In this document: piece after piece, positions 37,821-47,012 of the stretch | How the letters are laid out: the number at the start of each line of letters is the position of its first letter | How positions within the stretch are numbered: position 1 is the stretch's first letter | Assembly (NCBI GenBank): GCA_027491435.1 | Contig: JAOZFG010000004.1 | Span: 160,001-224,000, forward strand | DNA: 64,000 nt | Direction of reading: 5' to 3' | DNA from: Thermoproteota archaeon | GTDB taxonomy: Archaea; Korarchaeota; Korarchaeia; Korarchaeales; Korarchaeaceae | Program-made: the position numbers and the translations under genes | The notes under the pieces: model-generated | The model's database searches: none | What the model was told of the DNA's origin: nothing | What the model saw: only the letters and a program-made list of their open reading frames with translations

Positions 37821-39574
37821 CAGGAAACTAGGACCTCCTGCTCCCTGACTATCCTAGGCAGCCTCCTAAACCTGTGGAAGAACGGCTTGTAAGTCTTGAC
37901 GTACAACTCGGTGTTCTCAAGCTCCACTATGTTCCTCTTGTACTTGACCTCATCTCCCACCTTGCCCTTACCGTATATGAACTCGAACTCCTCGAAGCTC
38001 TTAGAGTACTCCTTGATTATCTTGTCCCTGTAGAGGTCCGGCATAACGTTGTAGGTGCAGAACGGTATTATCCTGCCATCCGGGCTTAGGTAATGTATGT
38101 TGCACCTCATCACCCTCTGTACGTCGTAGTTGTAGAGATCCATGAAGTGCATCATGCCCAGGAACAGCGACTTGTAGTGGAACTCGCCTAAGGCGCTGTA
38201 ATCACCCCTCTTCAGGAATATCTTAATCATTAAAGCCTTGAAGTTGACTCCTTCAGGCTGCCTGTCCTTGTAAATGTATTTGCCTAGGTTCCTGATGACG
38301 CTCATCAGCACTAAGTGCTTTCTCTTGCCCTTCTTGAGCTCCGCCGCCTTCTCCTTTAGGAACTCATAGAAGCCGTCAACGTCGACGAAGTCCGTTATTG
38401 GAACGAACCTCTTCACCCTCCTTTCACTGCCAGCTCCCTCAAATTCGGGGAACACGTAGGTGGCAGCTCCGCAGGCTGGGTGATTGCCCATGTAAAGCCT
38501 GGGCTTTCCGGTAAGCGCCTCTATGAACTCGGTGATGGCCGTGGTGAACGGCACAGGGTACCAAGCCTCCCTGTATATCTCCCCGTTGGTCTGCTCCTCA
38601 ATTCTCTTTATGACATCTGGTATCGTTATCCTGTACTTTTCCCTCTCCTTTCTGGGCATCTGCCCCGTCAGTGATACGGGCTGGAAGTTGACCCCCCTTA
38701 TGACGTCTATGTTCAGCGCGGCGAACCTTATTATGTCGCCGACCTCGTGATCGTTAATCCCCTTTATAACGGTGGGCACCAGCACTATGCTAGTCATTCC
38801 AGCCCTCCTGGCCTCTTCAAGTATGTAAGGTATCTCCCAGTGGTTCTTGGGATTGGTTTCAGGGGTTACCCCGTCGAAGCTCATGTAGATGGTGTTAACT
38901 CCGGCCTCTCTCAACTTCCTTAGGAGTCCAGGTTTTCTCATGAAGGTTATGCCGTGCGTGTTTAACTGTATGTGGGTGACCCCCTTCCTCTTGAGCAACT
39001 TCACTATGTCAATGAGGTCATCCCTTAAGGTAGGCTCCCCACCCGTTATCTGCACAGCGTTTCCGTGGGCAGGCCTCTCGTTAATCAGGGAGTCGATCAT
39101 CTTCTCTATCTGCTCTAAAGTGGGTTCGTAAACGTAACCAGCTTTTTCAGCGTAAAAGAAGCAGTACCAACAGCTTAAATCACACCTGTTAGTCACGACC
39201 AAGTTGGCCAAGGCGGTGGCGTCAAGGTGAGCGTTACAAATTCCACAGGAAAACGGACAGGGAGCCGTTAGCTTGACATGTGGATTCTCCAGCCCCCTCC
39301 CAGGGGCTTCGAACTTGAGGGCTCTCTTAAAGAGCTCAGCGTCTCCCCAGTAGAGCTCCTCATACTCCCCGTGCTCGGGACAAACCTTCCTTATGTAGAC
39401 CTTTCCATCCCTCTCGAATATGACGGCCGGCAACAGCCTGTAGCACTCAGGACACACAGAGGAAGTGTACCTGATTAGCTTCTCTCCCTCTCTAAGATCA
39501 GGCTTAGGACCGCCTATTGCTATTTTCCTGCCCTCGACCTCAATGAATTTAGGCGGCGCTATTTCTATTACCAT
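37820..39574 (-). CDS. tes: Radical SAM tetraether lipid synthase (Tes/GDGT-MAS, MJ0619 family)
   Basis: N-terminal SVCPEC...CPEHG, CPFSCGIC, NRCDLSCWYC, HPACG, MHFMD.YNYD..RV.RC, IPFC. Confidence 0.88.
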   Translation of the reverse strand: MVIEIAPPKFIEVEGRKIAIGGPKPDLREGEKLIRYTSSVCPECYRLLPAVIFERDGKVYIRKVCPEHGEYEELYWGDAELFKRALKFEAPGRGLENPHVKLTAPCPFSCGICNAHLDATALANLVVTNRCDLSCWYCFFYAEKAGYVYEPTLEQIEKMIDSLINERPAHGNAVQITGGEPTLRDDLIDIVKLLKRKGVTHIQLNTHGITFMRKPGLLRKLREAGVNTIYMSFDGVTPETNPKNHWEIPYILEEARRAGMTSIVLVPTVIKGINDHEVGDIIRFAALNIDVIRGVNFQPVSLTGQMPRKEREKYRITIPDVIKRIEEQTNGEIYREAWYPVPFTTAITEFIEALTGKPRLYMGNHPACGAATYVFPEFEGAGSERRVKRFVPITDFVDVDGFYEFLKEKAAELKKGKRKHLVLMSVIRNLGKYIYKDRQPEGVNFKALMIKIFLKRGDYSALGEFHYKSLFLGMMHFMDLYNYDVQRVMRCNIHYLSPDGRIIPFCTYNVMPDLYRDKIIKEYSKSFEEFEFIYGKGKVGDEVKYKRNIVELENTELYVKTYKPFFHRFRRLPRIVREQEVLVS

Positions 39575-39644
39575 TTCTGAAACACCCAGTTGATACCCCT
39601 CCATTCATATTTTAAGGTAACCCACCGGAGGAATTAGCTAGAAG

Positions 39645-40244
39645 ATGAATTCAGATAACGTCGTATCCAGATTAAAGAGGAATGTGATAGCTAGTTTAAC
39701 AGAAACATTGGGAATAGATCAGGATAATCTCTCAAATTATTTTATTAATTGTGAGTTTTCTTCAACAGTTAATTATAAATCATTCCTGGAGAAGCTGTGT
39801 GATATATTAAATTATCTAGAGTTATATGGATTTCATAGTCGGGAGAGCGTGCTAGAGAGCCTCAGGAAAGTTAGGGAACTGGCTAGGCTTGCACCTAGGA
39901 AGTTGAGGGACGTTGTGTCCTTGGTAGCCGTCTACTTGTGCTCATCAGAAGCCCTGAGTGAGACGCTGGAGTGGGCCGAGGATAATGAACCCTTCGTCAG
40001 GGCCTTGGCCGCCAAGTGCTTAGTAAAGCTATTCGCTGAGGGAGTTGTCTCCTTCGAGGTGCTTGAGAGGATATCTAGAGACCCCTCGCCCCTGGTGAGG
40101 GAGCACCTCATCACTTCCCTGGGCTCCACTAGAGGCGAGGGAAAAAGGGAGGCCTTGACCATCCTGAAGTCCATGCTAGCTAGGGAGAGAAGAGCGTCCC
40201 TCAGAACGAAGATAATGGAGTCAATGGCCAGGCTCCTGGAGTAA
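39645..40244 (+). CDS. HEAT-repeat protein
   Basis: DNEPFVRALAA and DPSPLVREHL repeats. Confidence 0.7.
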   Translation: MNSDNVVSRLKRNVIASLTETLGIDQDNLSNYFINCEFSSTVNYKSFLEKLCDILNYLELYGFHSRESVLESLRKVRELARLAPRKLRDVVSLVAVYLCSSEALSETLEWAEDNEPFVRALAAKCLVKLFAEGVVSFEVLERISRDPSPLVREHLITSLGSTRGEGKREALTILKSMLARERRASLRTKIMESMARLLE

Positions 40245-40275
40245 GAAAAGAAATTAATTATCGCCCCCGAGTACT

Positions 40276-40956
40276 ATGGGTGTTAACATGAAGGTCGTGT
40301 ATCTGGGTCACTCTGCCTTCCTCTTGGAGGGGAGCAGGAGGGTGTTGATAGACCCCTGGATCGAAGGGAATCCTCAGGCTCCCATATCCCTGAATGAGTG
40401 TAAAGGAGCCGACGTCTACGTCATAACTCACGCACATGGAGACCATGGCCTTGAAGACGCAATAAAACTCGCTAAGAGGCATGGTGGGGTCATAGTGGGG
40501 ATATACGAGATAGCGAACGAAGCTGCCTCAAAGGGAGTTAAGGAGACTGTGGGGGCCAACATAGGAGGGTTCTTTGAGGTTAACGGTGTGAGAATAGCCC
40601 TGACTACTGCCGTCCACAGCAGCCCAATAGGGGCACCAACTGGAGCGGTGGTAGAGCTGGATGGTAAGAGAGTATACCACGCTGGGGACACGGGAGTCTT
40701 CTACGACATGAAGCTAATAGGAGAACTTTACTCGCCTGACTTGGCCCTTCTGCCCATAGGGGGACACTTCGTAATGGGACCTCTTGAGGCAGCCAAGGCG
40801 ATAGAGCTGCTAGGGGTGAAGAAGGTAATTCCGATGCACTACCAGACCTTCCCAGTGCTGAAGGGGAAGCCCGAGGAACTGGTCAACTTGTTGAAGGAAA
40901 AGGGTCTGGACGTCGAGGTCATAGCGCTAAGGCCGGGAGAGAGCTATGAGCTCTGA
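40276..40956 (+). CDS. Metallo-beta-lactamase-fold hydrolase (UPF0173)
   Basis: YLGHSAF, IDPW, THAHGDH, YHAGDTG, IPMHY. Confidence 0.9.
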   Translation: MGVNMKVVYLGHSAFLLEGSRRVLIDPWIEGNPQAPISLNECKGADVYVITHAHGDHGLEDAIKLAKRHGGVIVGIYEIANEAASKGVKETVGANIGGFFEVNGVRIALTTAVHSSPIGAPTGAVVELDGKRVYHAGDTGVFYDMKLIGELYSPDLALLPIGGHFVMGPLEAAKAIELLGVKKVIPMHYQTFPVLKGKPEELVNLLKEKGLDVEVIALRPGESYEL

Positions 40957-41311
40957 AGTCAAAGTGAGGGAGACGCAGATAATAGCTGAGCTCTACGACG
41001 TGGAGAACTACCAGGTGTTGGACGACCCAGAACTTATGAAAGAAACGTTAAGAAAGCTGGCCGACACGGTGGGGGAGAAAGAGGTTCACGTACACGTCCA
41101 CGAATTCGAGCCCTACGGAGTGAGCGGTTTCCTTATGCTGAAAGATGGCTACGTGGCCATTCACACCTGGCCCGAGCATAGGTACGCTACCATGAACGTC
41201 GTAGGCTTTAAGGAGAGCTGGGCTTGGCAGGTCTATAAGAAGGCAGTCGTCCTGTTCAAACCTGGTAAACAGAACGCAATTGAAGTGAAGAGCGGACTTG
41301 AGACCACGTGA
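40946..41311 (+). CDS. AdoMet/arginine decarboxylase (SpeH-type) homologue, probably catalytically dead
   Basis: HEFEPYGVSG...IHTWPE present; the ESH cleavage site is replaced by DGY. Confidence 0.8.
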   Translation: MSSEVKVRETQIIAELYDVENYQVLDDPELMKETLRKLADTVGEKEVHVHVHEFEPYGVSGFLMLKDGYVAIHTWPEHRYATMNVVGFKESWAWQVYKKAVVLFKPGKQNAIEVKSGLETT

Positions 41312-42581
41312 CCTCCCTGACAACCTTCCCTACTAGGTAGTTGCCCTTCACCTCCTCTATTTTGACAATGTAGGGCCTTCCTAGGTCCACCTTCCCCTTC
41401 AGAGCAACTGGTTTGTAGTTCTGAGTCCTGCCCTGGAATCCCTTAGGCCCCTTTTCGGTGACCACTGCCAAGACCTCCTCCCCCAAATACCTCCTATTCC
41501 TCTTCAGTTTAATCTCGTTAACCAGCTCCATGAGGATTTTAGCTCTCTCTTTTTTAACCCTCTCAGGAAGCTGCTCCATCTTAGAGGCTGGAGTTTTGGG
41601 CCTAGCACCGAATTTACTTATGTTGACTACGTCAGGCTCACTCAGCCTTATTACCTCCAAGGTCCTCTGGAAGTCTTCCTCAGTCTCTGTAGGAAAGCCA
41701 ACTATGACGTCCGTGGAGATCGTAGCCTCAGGGTTCCACGACCTTATTTCCTTGACCAGGTTTAAGAAGTCCTCGGAGGTGTACTTCCTCCCCATAATCT
41801 TGAGTACCCTGTTGGAACCGCTCTGAACTGGTAAATGGAAGAAATCATACACCTTATCGCTCTCATAAGACCGTAAGAGCTCGTGTAGGATTTGTAATGC
41901 CGAGTCGGGAGTCATCATTCCGACCCTAACTCTGAAGTCCCCTGGAATCTTGGAGATCTGGCCGAGTAAGTCGGCCAGGTTAGTCCCCATATCCCAGCCG
42001 TAGACCCCTGTGTCCTGGGCCGTTAGCCATATCTCCACCTTACCTTGGCCAACTAGCTCCTTGACAGCCCTGATTACGCTATCAAGGGGAAAGCTCCTTA
42101 GCCTTCCCCTGGCCAGCCTAGTTATGCAATAAGTGCAGGTTCCCAGGCATCCCTCAGCTATGGGGACTATGCCTATGACGTCCGAAACTTCGGACTGAGC
42201 CGGCTTTGCCTTGTCCACGTACTCATCCCTTAGAAACTCTGCAGTTCCCCCACTCAGAACCATCTGGACAGCATCTACTATCCTGTTCACTGCCCTGGGA
42301 GCTACCAAGGCTCTAGAGAAGGGCCTCAGCCTCTCGGGTTGGGACTTGGCCATGCACCCGGCAGCTATCAAGGGGGCCTTCTCGGATAGGTACCTGGCCC
42401 TATTTATCATCTTGTGCTCGGTGGGCGTTTTCACGTTGCAAGTATTCAGTATTATGACGTCAGCCTCCTCAGGGCTGTTCACCCTTGATAGGCCGGCCTC
42501 CTCCAACAGCTTTATCATTATGAAAGAATCAGCCCTGTTCATCGAGCAGCCGTAAGTCTCTATATAAAACTTGGTCCTTAT
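41256..42581 (-). CDS. mtaB: tRNA methylthiotransferase (MiaB/MtaB family radical SAM with TRAM domain); apparent ATA start
   Basis: ETYGCSMN, LNTC, AGC, EGCLGTCTYC, HLPVQSGS, TDVIVGFP. Confidence 0.88.
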   Translation of the reverse strand: MRTKFYIETYGCSMNRADSFIMIKLLEEAGLSRVNSPEEADVIILNTCNVKTPTEHKMINRARYLSEKAPLIAAGCMAKSQPERLRPFSRALVAPRAVNRIVDAVQMVLSGGTAEFLRDEYVDKAKPAQSEVSDVIGIVPIAEGCLGTCTYCITRLARGRLRSFPLDSVIRAVKELVGQGKVEIWLTAQDTGVYGWDMGTNLADLLGQISKIPGDFRVRVGMMTPDSALQILHELLRSYESDKVYDFFHLPVQSGSNRVLKIMGRKYTSEDFLNLVKEIRSWNPEATISTDVIVGFPTETEEDFQRTLEVIRLSEPDVVNISKFGARPKTPASKMEQLPERVKKERAKILMELVNEIKLKRNRRYLGEEVLAVVTEKGPKGFQGRTQNYKPVALKGKVDLGRPYIVKIEEVKGNYLVGKVVREVTWSQVRSSLQLRSVYQV

Positions 42582-42910
42582 CCTTTCTCCTCCCTCTTAT
42601 AGGAGTGAACAGTGACTCCGTCCAAGCTGGCCACGTTACCTCCGTAGTACCTGATCACCTTGACTATCTCGTCGTAATCAAGCCCCTCTCCCTCTATGAC
42701 AAGCCTCAACCTCTCTATGTTAGAGTCGTAGTCCTTAACCTCTATGTCAACCCTCGTGACGTTCTTGAGCTCGGACAACCCCTCCGCTATGTCAACTATC
42801 GAGGGGTTGTGGGGCTTCACGACGTCCAAGACCAACCTCTTAACGACGACCCTTTTTTCCTCATCGTCCTCAGAAGACGGGGCTTTGAATCCCAGCAACT
42901 CTTCTATCAT
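42578..42910 (-). CDS. DUF211-family protein
   Basis: RLVLDVVKPHNP...IEG..LDY...GG.V.S.D.V. Confidence 0.85.
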   Translation of the reverse strand: MIEELLGFKAPSSEDDEEKRVVVKRLVLDVVKPHNPSIVDIAEGLSELKNVTRVDIEVKDYDSNIERLRLVIEGEGLDYDEIVKVIRYYGGNVASLDGVTVHSYKREEKG

Positions 42911-42948
42911 CCCCCCGTCTCCCTGGAGGGGAGAGCTTAATTAATTTT

Positions 42949-43290
42949 TCACCTCGTCGATTTCCTCAACTCCATGAAGAGTCGGGCTATTATCTTATTT
43001 ACGGTCCTTCGGTTCCCTCCTTTAAGCCTGATGACCTTAACCCTGCTTTCGTATCCTTCCGGTACTTCAAAGTCCTTGGAGAATGTGGCTATTATCTTTA
43101 TTCCCCTCTTCAGGCAGTAGTCCAGTATCTCCTCCTTGCGCCTGTTCCTACCCCTTACTGCACTCCTGGGTTGCCAGACAGCCCCATAACCTAGCATGTT
43201 TAACCTCCTCTGCACGCTGAAGTATAGGTCCCTAGGTACCGTCCTATCGAAGAAGAAAGGCGTCTTATACCTGGGCCTCCTCTTGGGCAT
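42949..43290 (-). CDS. Hypothetical basic protein (possibly PIN/Mut7-like)
   Basis: FFFD...L.MLGY...EIL.YC....IIAT.SKDF. Confidence 0.55.
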   Translation of the reverse strand: MPKRRPRYKTPFFFDRTVPRDLYFSVQRRLNMLGYGAVWQPRSAVRGRNRRKEEILDYCLKRGIKIIATFSKDFEVPEGYESRVKVIRLKGGNRRTVNKIIARLFMELRKSTR

Positions 43291-44080
43291 CTCTAAGTAA
43301 CTTCTTGACCCTTACTCTTTTTAACCCCAGCTCGTCAAGGGCATCTTCTATTCTGCGCCTGTCATCGCCTCTTAATCCTTTAGCGTCCACTATTGCCAAA
43401 GAGGGCTTCTCCCCATTCCTATCGATGGCCATCTCTATCATAACCTTGTCTACGTGACCGGCGTCGTGCTTACGAGCCGCATGCCCTATCGCTATGTCAG
43501 TCATAAGCTCCACCTTGGTGAAGTGATCGTTCACATGGGGCCCGCCGAAGGCTATTGCTGCCCTGTATTTGTAGGGATTCCAAGACTCTAAAGCCTTTAT
43601 AACTGCTTTAGCCGCGACCTTTATGGCCTTAGCGTCATTCCACGCCCTCTCATCACATCCTATTTCCAAGAAGGCCATAGGAACGTCCAAAGTCGGGCCA
43701 TGATGTGTGGGCTCGAAGCCCACCTCGTAACCTATCTTCTCGGCCCCTTCCTTCACTGAGAGGAGATATTCCTTCATGAGCGAGGGAATCGCCACTCCAA
43801 GCTTGTAGGGCTCGCCCCCGTACCTAGCTGGACCGAAGTTCCCGGGAACGTGAGCTGTAAATATGGGCCTTCCGGGAGTCCCGCTGTGCCTTGAAAGGAC
43901 GACTAAATAGTCGAACCCAGTGAACTCATCGCCCTTCATGTACAGGACCTCCCTCTCGAAGGAAATGAGTTCGTACTTCCTACCAGACAGCGAGAATTGT
44001 TCGCCCATCACGGACTTTATCTCCCTCGCCATGTTGACTCCTGCAACGTCTCTCAACGAGTATAGCAGACCCACTTTCAT
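43265..44080 (-). CDS. dtdA: D-aminoacyl-tRNA deacylase (archaeal DTD2)
   Basis: LSRHS, TAHVPGN, EPTHHGP, FLEIG, FGGPH. Confidence 0.92.
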   Translation of the reverse strand: MKVGLLYSLRDVAGVNMAREIKSVMGEQFSLSGRKYELISFEREVLYMKGDEFTGFDYLVVLSRHSGTPGRPIFTAHVPGNFGPARYGGEPYKLGVAIPSLMKEYLLSVKEGAEKIGYEVGFEPTHHGPTLDVPMAFLEIGCDERAWNDAKAIKVAAKAVIKALESWNPYKYRAAIAFGGPHVNDHFTKVELMTDIAIGHAARKHDAGHVDKVMIEMAIDRNGEKPSLAIVDAKGLRGDDRRRIEDALDELGLKRVRVKKLLRDAQEEAQV

Positions 44081-44132
44081 AAACTGGTATACTGGCGACT
44101 CTTTTTTAAAGGCGAGCCATCAAACTAGCTAG

Positions 44133-44693
44133 ATGGACTTACACAGGGCGATAGCACTCACCATATCCCCCATTACAGTGGCAGCCATAACGTCGGCGAC
44201 CCTACTTAAAGGAGTAGACTTGCTGGTGGCCATGATACTGCTGGTTTTGCTACCTCCAGCTCCAATAGTACTTAAGTCGGTTAGGGATGAGGAAGGATTC
44301 GATCTGCTCGTGCCCGATAGGTTCATGAGGGGGAAGTTCTTCCTTTTCGCCCTGATCAGCTATTTCCTGGCCACTGCCTACTTTTACCTCAGAAGGGTGA
44401 CCCTGGGGACCATGCTATCCCTTTCCTACCTCTTAGTCACGGCCTCCATGTACCTGTTTAACAAGAGGCTCACTAAGGTGAGCGTTCACGCGGCTGGAAT
44501 AGTGGGTCCTTCGACCCTGCTCACCTGCGTCGGCAAGTTAGAAGTAGCGGCGGCCCTATGGGCCTTAACCCCTGTGGTGCTCTGGTCTAGGTGGAAGTCC
44601 AAATCGCACAGCATGGGTCAGCTGGCCTTAGGGGTGACTCTGGCCGTAGCCCTGACCCTGCTCGTCTACTGGACTTTCCTCCCAGTATTTTAG
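44133..44693 (+). CDS. PAP2-like membrane phosphatase family protein
   Basis: KVSVHAAG and WSR....H...Q...G motifs; multiple TM helices. Confidence 0.65.
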   Translation: MDLHRAIALTISPITVAAITSATLLKGVDLLVAMILLVLLPPAPIVLKSVRDEEGFDLLVPDRFMRGKFFLFALISYFLATAYFYLRRVTLGTMLSLSYLLVTASMYLFNKRLTKVSVHAAGIVGPSTLLTCVGKLEVAAALWALTPVVLWSRWKSKSHSMGQLALGVTLAVALTLLVYWTFLPVF

Positions 44694-45449
44694 AAACAGG
44701 TCCTTAGACACTCTGTAGTAGATGTACTCGCTCACATGGGGCTCTAAGGTGACGGTGCCCTTGTATCCAACGTCCCTTATCCTTCCTATTACCTCATGCC
44801 ACGGTATCTTGCCGGCGCCAACGGGTAAGTGGAGGTCCCTCCTCATGTCATTATCATGGACGTGTATGTGGAGGATCCTGTTTGCGAGGCGCAAGTAGGA
44901 CTTGAACTTGTCTAACCCCCCGTTAATGAACGAATGGGCGACGTCAAATGTCATCCCTAAGTCAGGGATGTTATCCAGCAAGTACCTTATGTCAGATGGT
45001 GAGGAGAAGGCGCCGTGATCGACGTTCTCCACTAAGGGTAGTGAGCTATAGTTCTTGCTCAAGACCACTATCTCTCTAAAACCCTTCAAGTTGTACTCGC
45101 GAGCCTTATCCCTAACCGCGGCCAGCCAACCTGGAGTAAACGGGTGAAATGTTACGTAGGGGGACTCTATCCTGTCAGCAACTCTGAGGATCTCCTCTGC
45201 CACCTTCAAGGCCCCCCTCCTCACGTGCTCGTAGGGATGGCCTATCTCCAGGTACCAGGGCGCGTGTACTAGGAAGAAGGCGCCGGTGGAAGAGACGTCA
45301 GACAACCACCTCATCATTGATTCGTCTACTGTTCCCTTGGGCCATTCAACTGTTATCTCAACGTATTCAAATCCCAAGGACAATATAGATTCCACCTCGT
45401 CCTTAAGAGGGAGGTGCGGGTTGTTCATCACGCCGAACATTAAGTCCAT
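44628..45449 (-). CDS. Sugar-phosphate isomerase/epimerase (xylose-isomerase-like TIM barrel)
   Basis: VHAP, TFHP, VEN, FDVAH, HIHVHDN...DLHLPVG.G, TLE. Confidence 0.85.
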   Translation of the reverse strand: MDLMFGVMNNPHLPLKDEVESILSLGFEYVEITVEWPKGTVDESMMRWLSDVSSTGAFFLVHAPWYLEIGHPYEHVRRGALKVAEEILRVADRIESPYVTFHPFTPGWLAAVRDKAREYNLKGFREIVVLSKNYSSLPLVENVDHGAFSSPSDIRYLLDNIPDLGMTFDVAHSFINGGLDKFKSYLRLANRILHIHVHDNDMRRDLHLPVGAGKIPWHEVIGRIRDVGYKGTVTLEPHVSEYIYYRVSKDLFLKYWEESPVDEQGQGYGQSHP

Positions 45450-45604
45450 CTAGCTCCCCCTAATTTGAGTAAATCCCGGTAGGGGTCATAACCCTGACCT
45501 AGTAAAAACGTAGCTGACCTCCTCAGCAGGTGAGACGTGACCTCTAATACGGGGCCCCGACAAGAGGGGTCATAATTTTAACTGAAGGACGACGACTAAC
45601 CCAG

Positions 45605-46813
45605 ATGAACTTATACGAAGCTGTGCTGGCTAGCGTGTTAGAGTGGTTCCCAGTACAGCCTACAGGCTCCGGACACTTAGCTGGTTTAGCTGGTTTACTC
45701 TTACTGAAGGAAAGGAGGATCTCAAAGGGAAGCGCGATCACTGGGCTGATTACATCAGCGGTTCTAGCTGTGATGGTAGGTTGGTGGGCCAATTACGAGG
45801 ACGAAGTTATAGGAGGCCTTCTAGGGGTGGGACTGTCTGTTATAGGCCTATTCGCCCTATTCTTCCTAAAGTTAAACCTTCTCGCTGTTGAAGAGGGCAG
45901 ATCCCCTGACGTGATGGACGCCTTCGTCTCCGGCTTTGCCCAAGGGATTAGCACGATAGGTTTCGGTGGAACGGGCCTCTCCATAGCCCTGCTGACCTCT
46001 TCAGGGGTGAACTTCAAAGACGCCGTGCTGCTCTCCTCAATAACATCGATTCCAGTGGCTCTAGTAACCATTAGACTCACTCCCGCGTCGCTAGCCCAAT
46101 TAGCTTTAGGAGCCCTGATATCGCTGTCTCTTCACAAAATCGACGTCAAAGCAACTAAAGTAGGCCTGATGTACGACCTAATGATTTTAATGAACCTGAA
46201 CCAGGTGTGGAAAGTTCAGGAGAGGATGGAGTTCTATCAGCAGGTAGAAGAGGAGATAGTCGGCTGGGTTAAGAAGTACGGGGGCGCAGGAGTCTTCATG
46301 GCTATGGTAGCACAATCAGTAATTTCCCCTATACCTGCTGACGCCGTCTTAGTGGCCGCTGGAGCTCTTGGACTTTCTCCTATAGAAGTTGGGATATACG
46401 GTGGGCTGGGAATAGTGATTGGTTCGATGGTGAATTACGGCATAGGTAGGATGTTCGGGAAGAGGTTACTGGACTCTTACTTCAAGGAGGAGTTCTTAGA
46501 GGAAGTCCACAAGTGGTTTGACAAGTGGGGGGGCTGGATAGTCTTCTTTTCGAGGCTAATACCTTTTCTTCCAATAGATATAATCTCTTACGTGGCGGGC
46601 GCAACCTACATGAACCCGCTTGTGTTCTTCATGTCCAACTTGCTGGCCGTGGTGCCTAGAGCCATGTTCTTCGGGTACGTCGGCGAGATGCTTATGAAGG
46701 GCAGGTGGGAAATGCTAATAGCGGCCCTGGCCTTAATAGTTGGAGGGGCCCTAATAGGCTACAAGGTGCAGAGAAGGAGAAGGTCTAAGGGGCCCGTAGC
46801 TCAGCAAGGATAG
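45605..46813 (+). CDS. Fusion of a degenerate BacA/UppP-like domain and a DedA/VTT domain
   Basis: N-terminal LEWFPVQPTGSGHL and SGFAQGIS; C-terminal QSVISPIPAD, FFSRLIPFLPIDIISYVAG. Confidence 0.7.
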   Translation: MNLYEAVLASVLEWFPVQPTGSGHLAGLAGLLLLKERRISKGSAITGLITSAVLAVMVGWWANYEDEVIGGLLGVGLSVIGLFALFFLKLNLLAVEEGRSPDVMDAFVSGFAQGISTIGFGGTGLSIALLTSSGVNFKDAVLLSSITSIPVALVTIRLTPASLAQLALGALISLSLHKIDVKATKVGLMYDLMILMNLNQVWKVQERMEFYQQVEEEIVGWVKKYGGAGVFMAMVAQSVISPIPADAVLVAAGALGLSPIEVGIYGGLGIVIGSMVNYGIGRMFGKRLLDSYFKEEFLEEVHKWFDKWGGWIVFFSRLIPFLPIDIISYVAGATYMNPLVFFMSNLLAVVPRAMFFGYVGEMLMKGRWEMLIAALALIVGGALIGYKVQRRRRSKGPVAQQG

Positions 46814-46864
46814 AGCGGCGGCCTTCGGAGCCGCAGGTCGGGGGTTCAAGTCCCCCCGGGCCCG
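46790..46864 (+). tRNA. tRNA-Arg (anticodon TCG), no intron, CCA not encoded
   Basis: GGGCCCG/CGGGCCC acceptor stem, GCTC/GAGC D stem, GCGGC-CTTCGGA-GCCGC anticodon arm, GGGGG-TTCAAGT-CCCCC T arm, followed by TTTTT. Confidence 0.97.
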
Positions 46865-47012
46865 TTTTTGCTCCAACCCTTAGCTGGACCCGCTATTTTA
46901 AGAGCTGACGGGCGCGGGCCTTCCTAAATTCAGTTTACTATACAACGAATATAATGTAAAAGGAATACATTAAAAAACAAAATATAAAAACTAGGGGGAG
47001 GCCGGCTGACCT

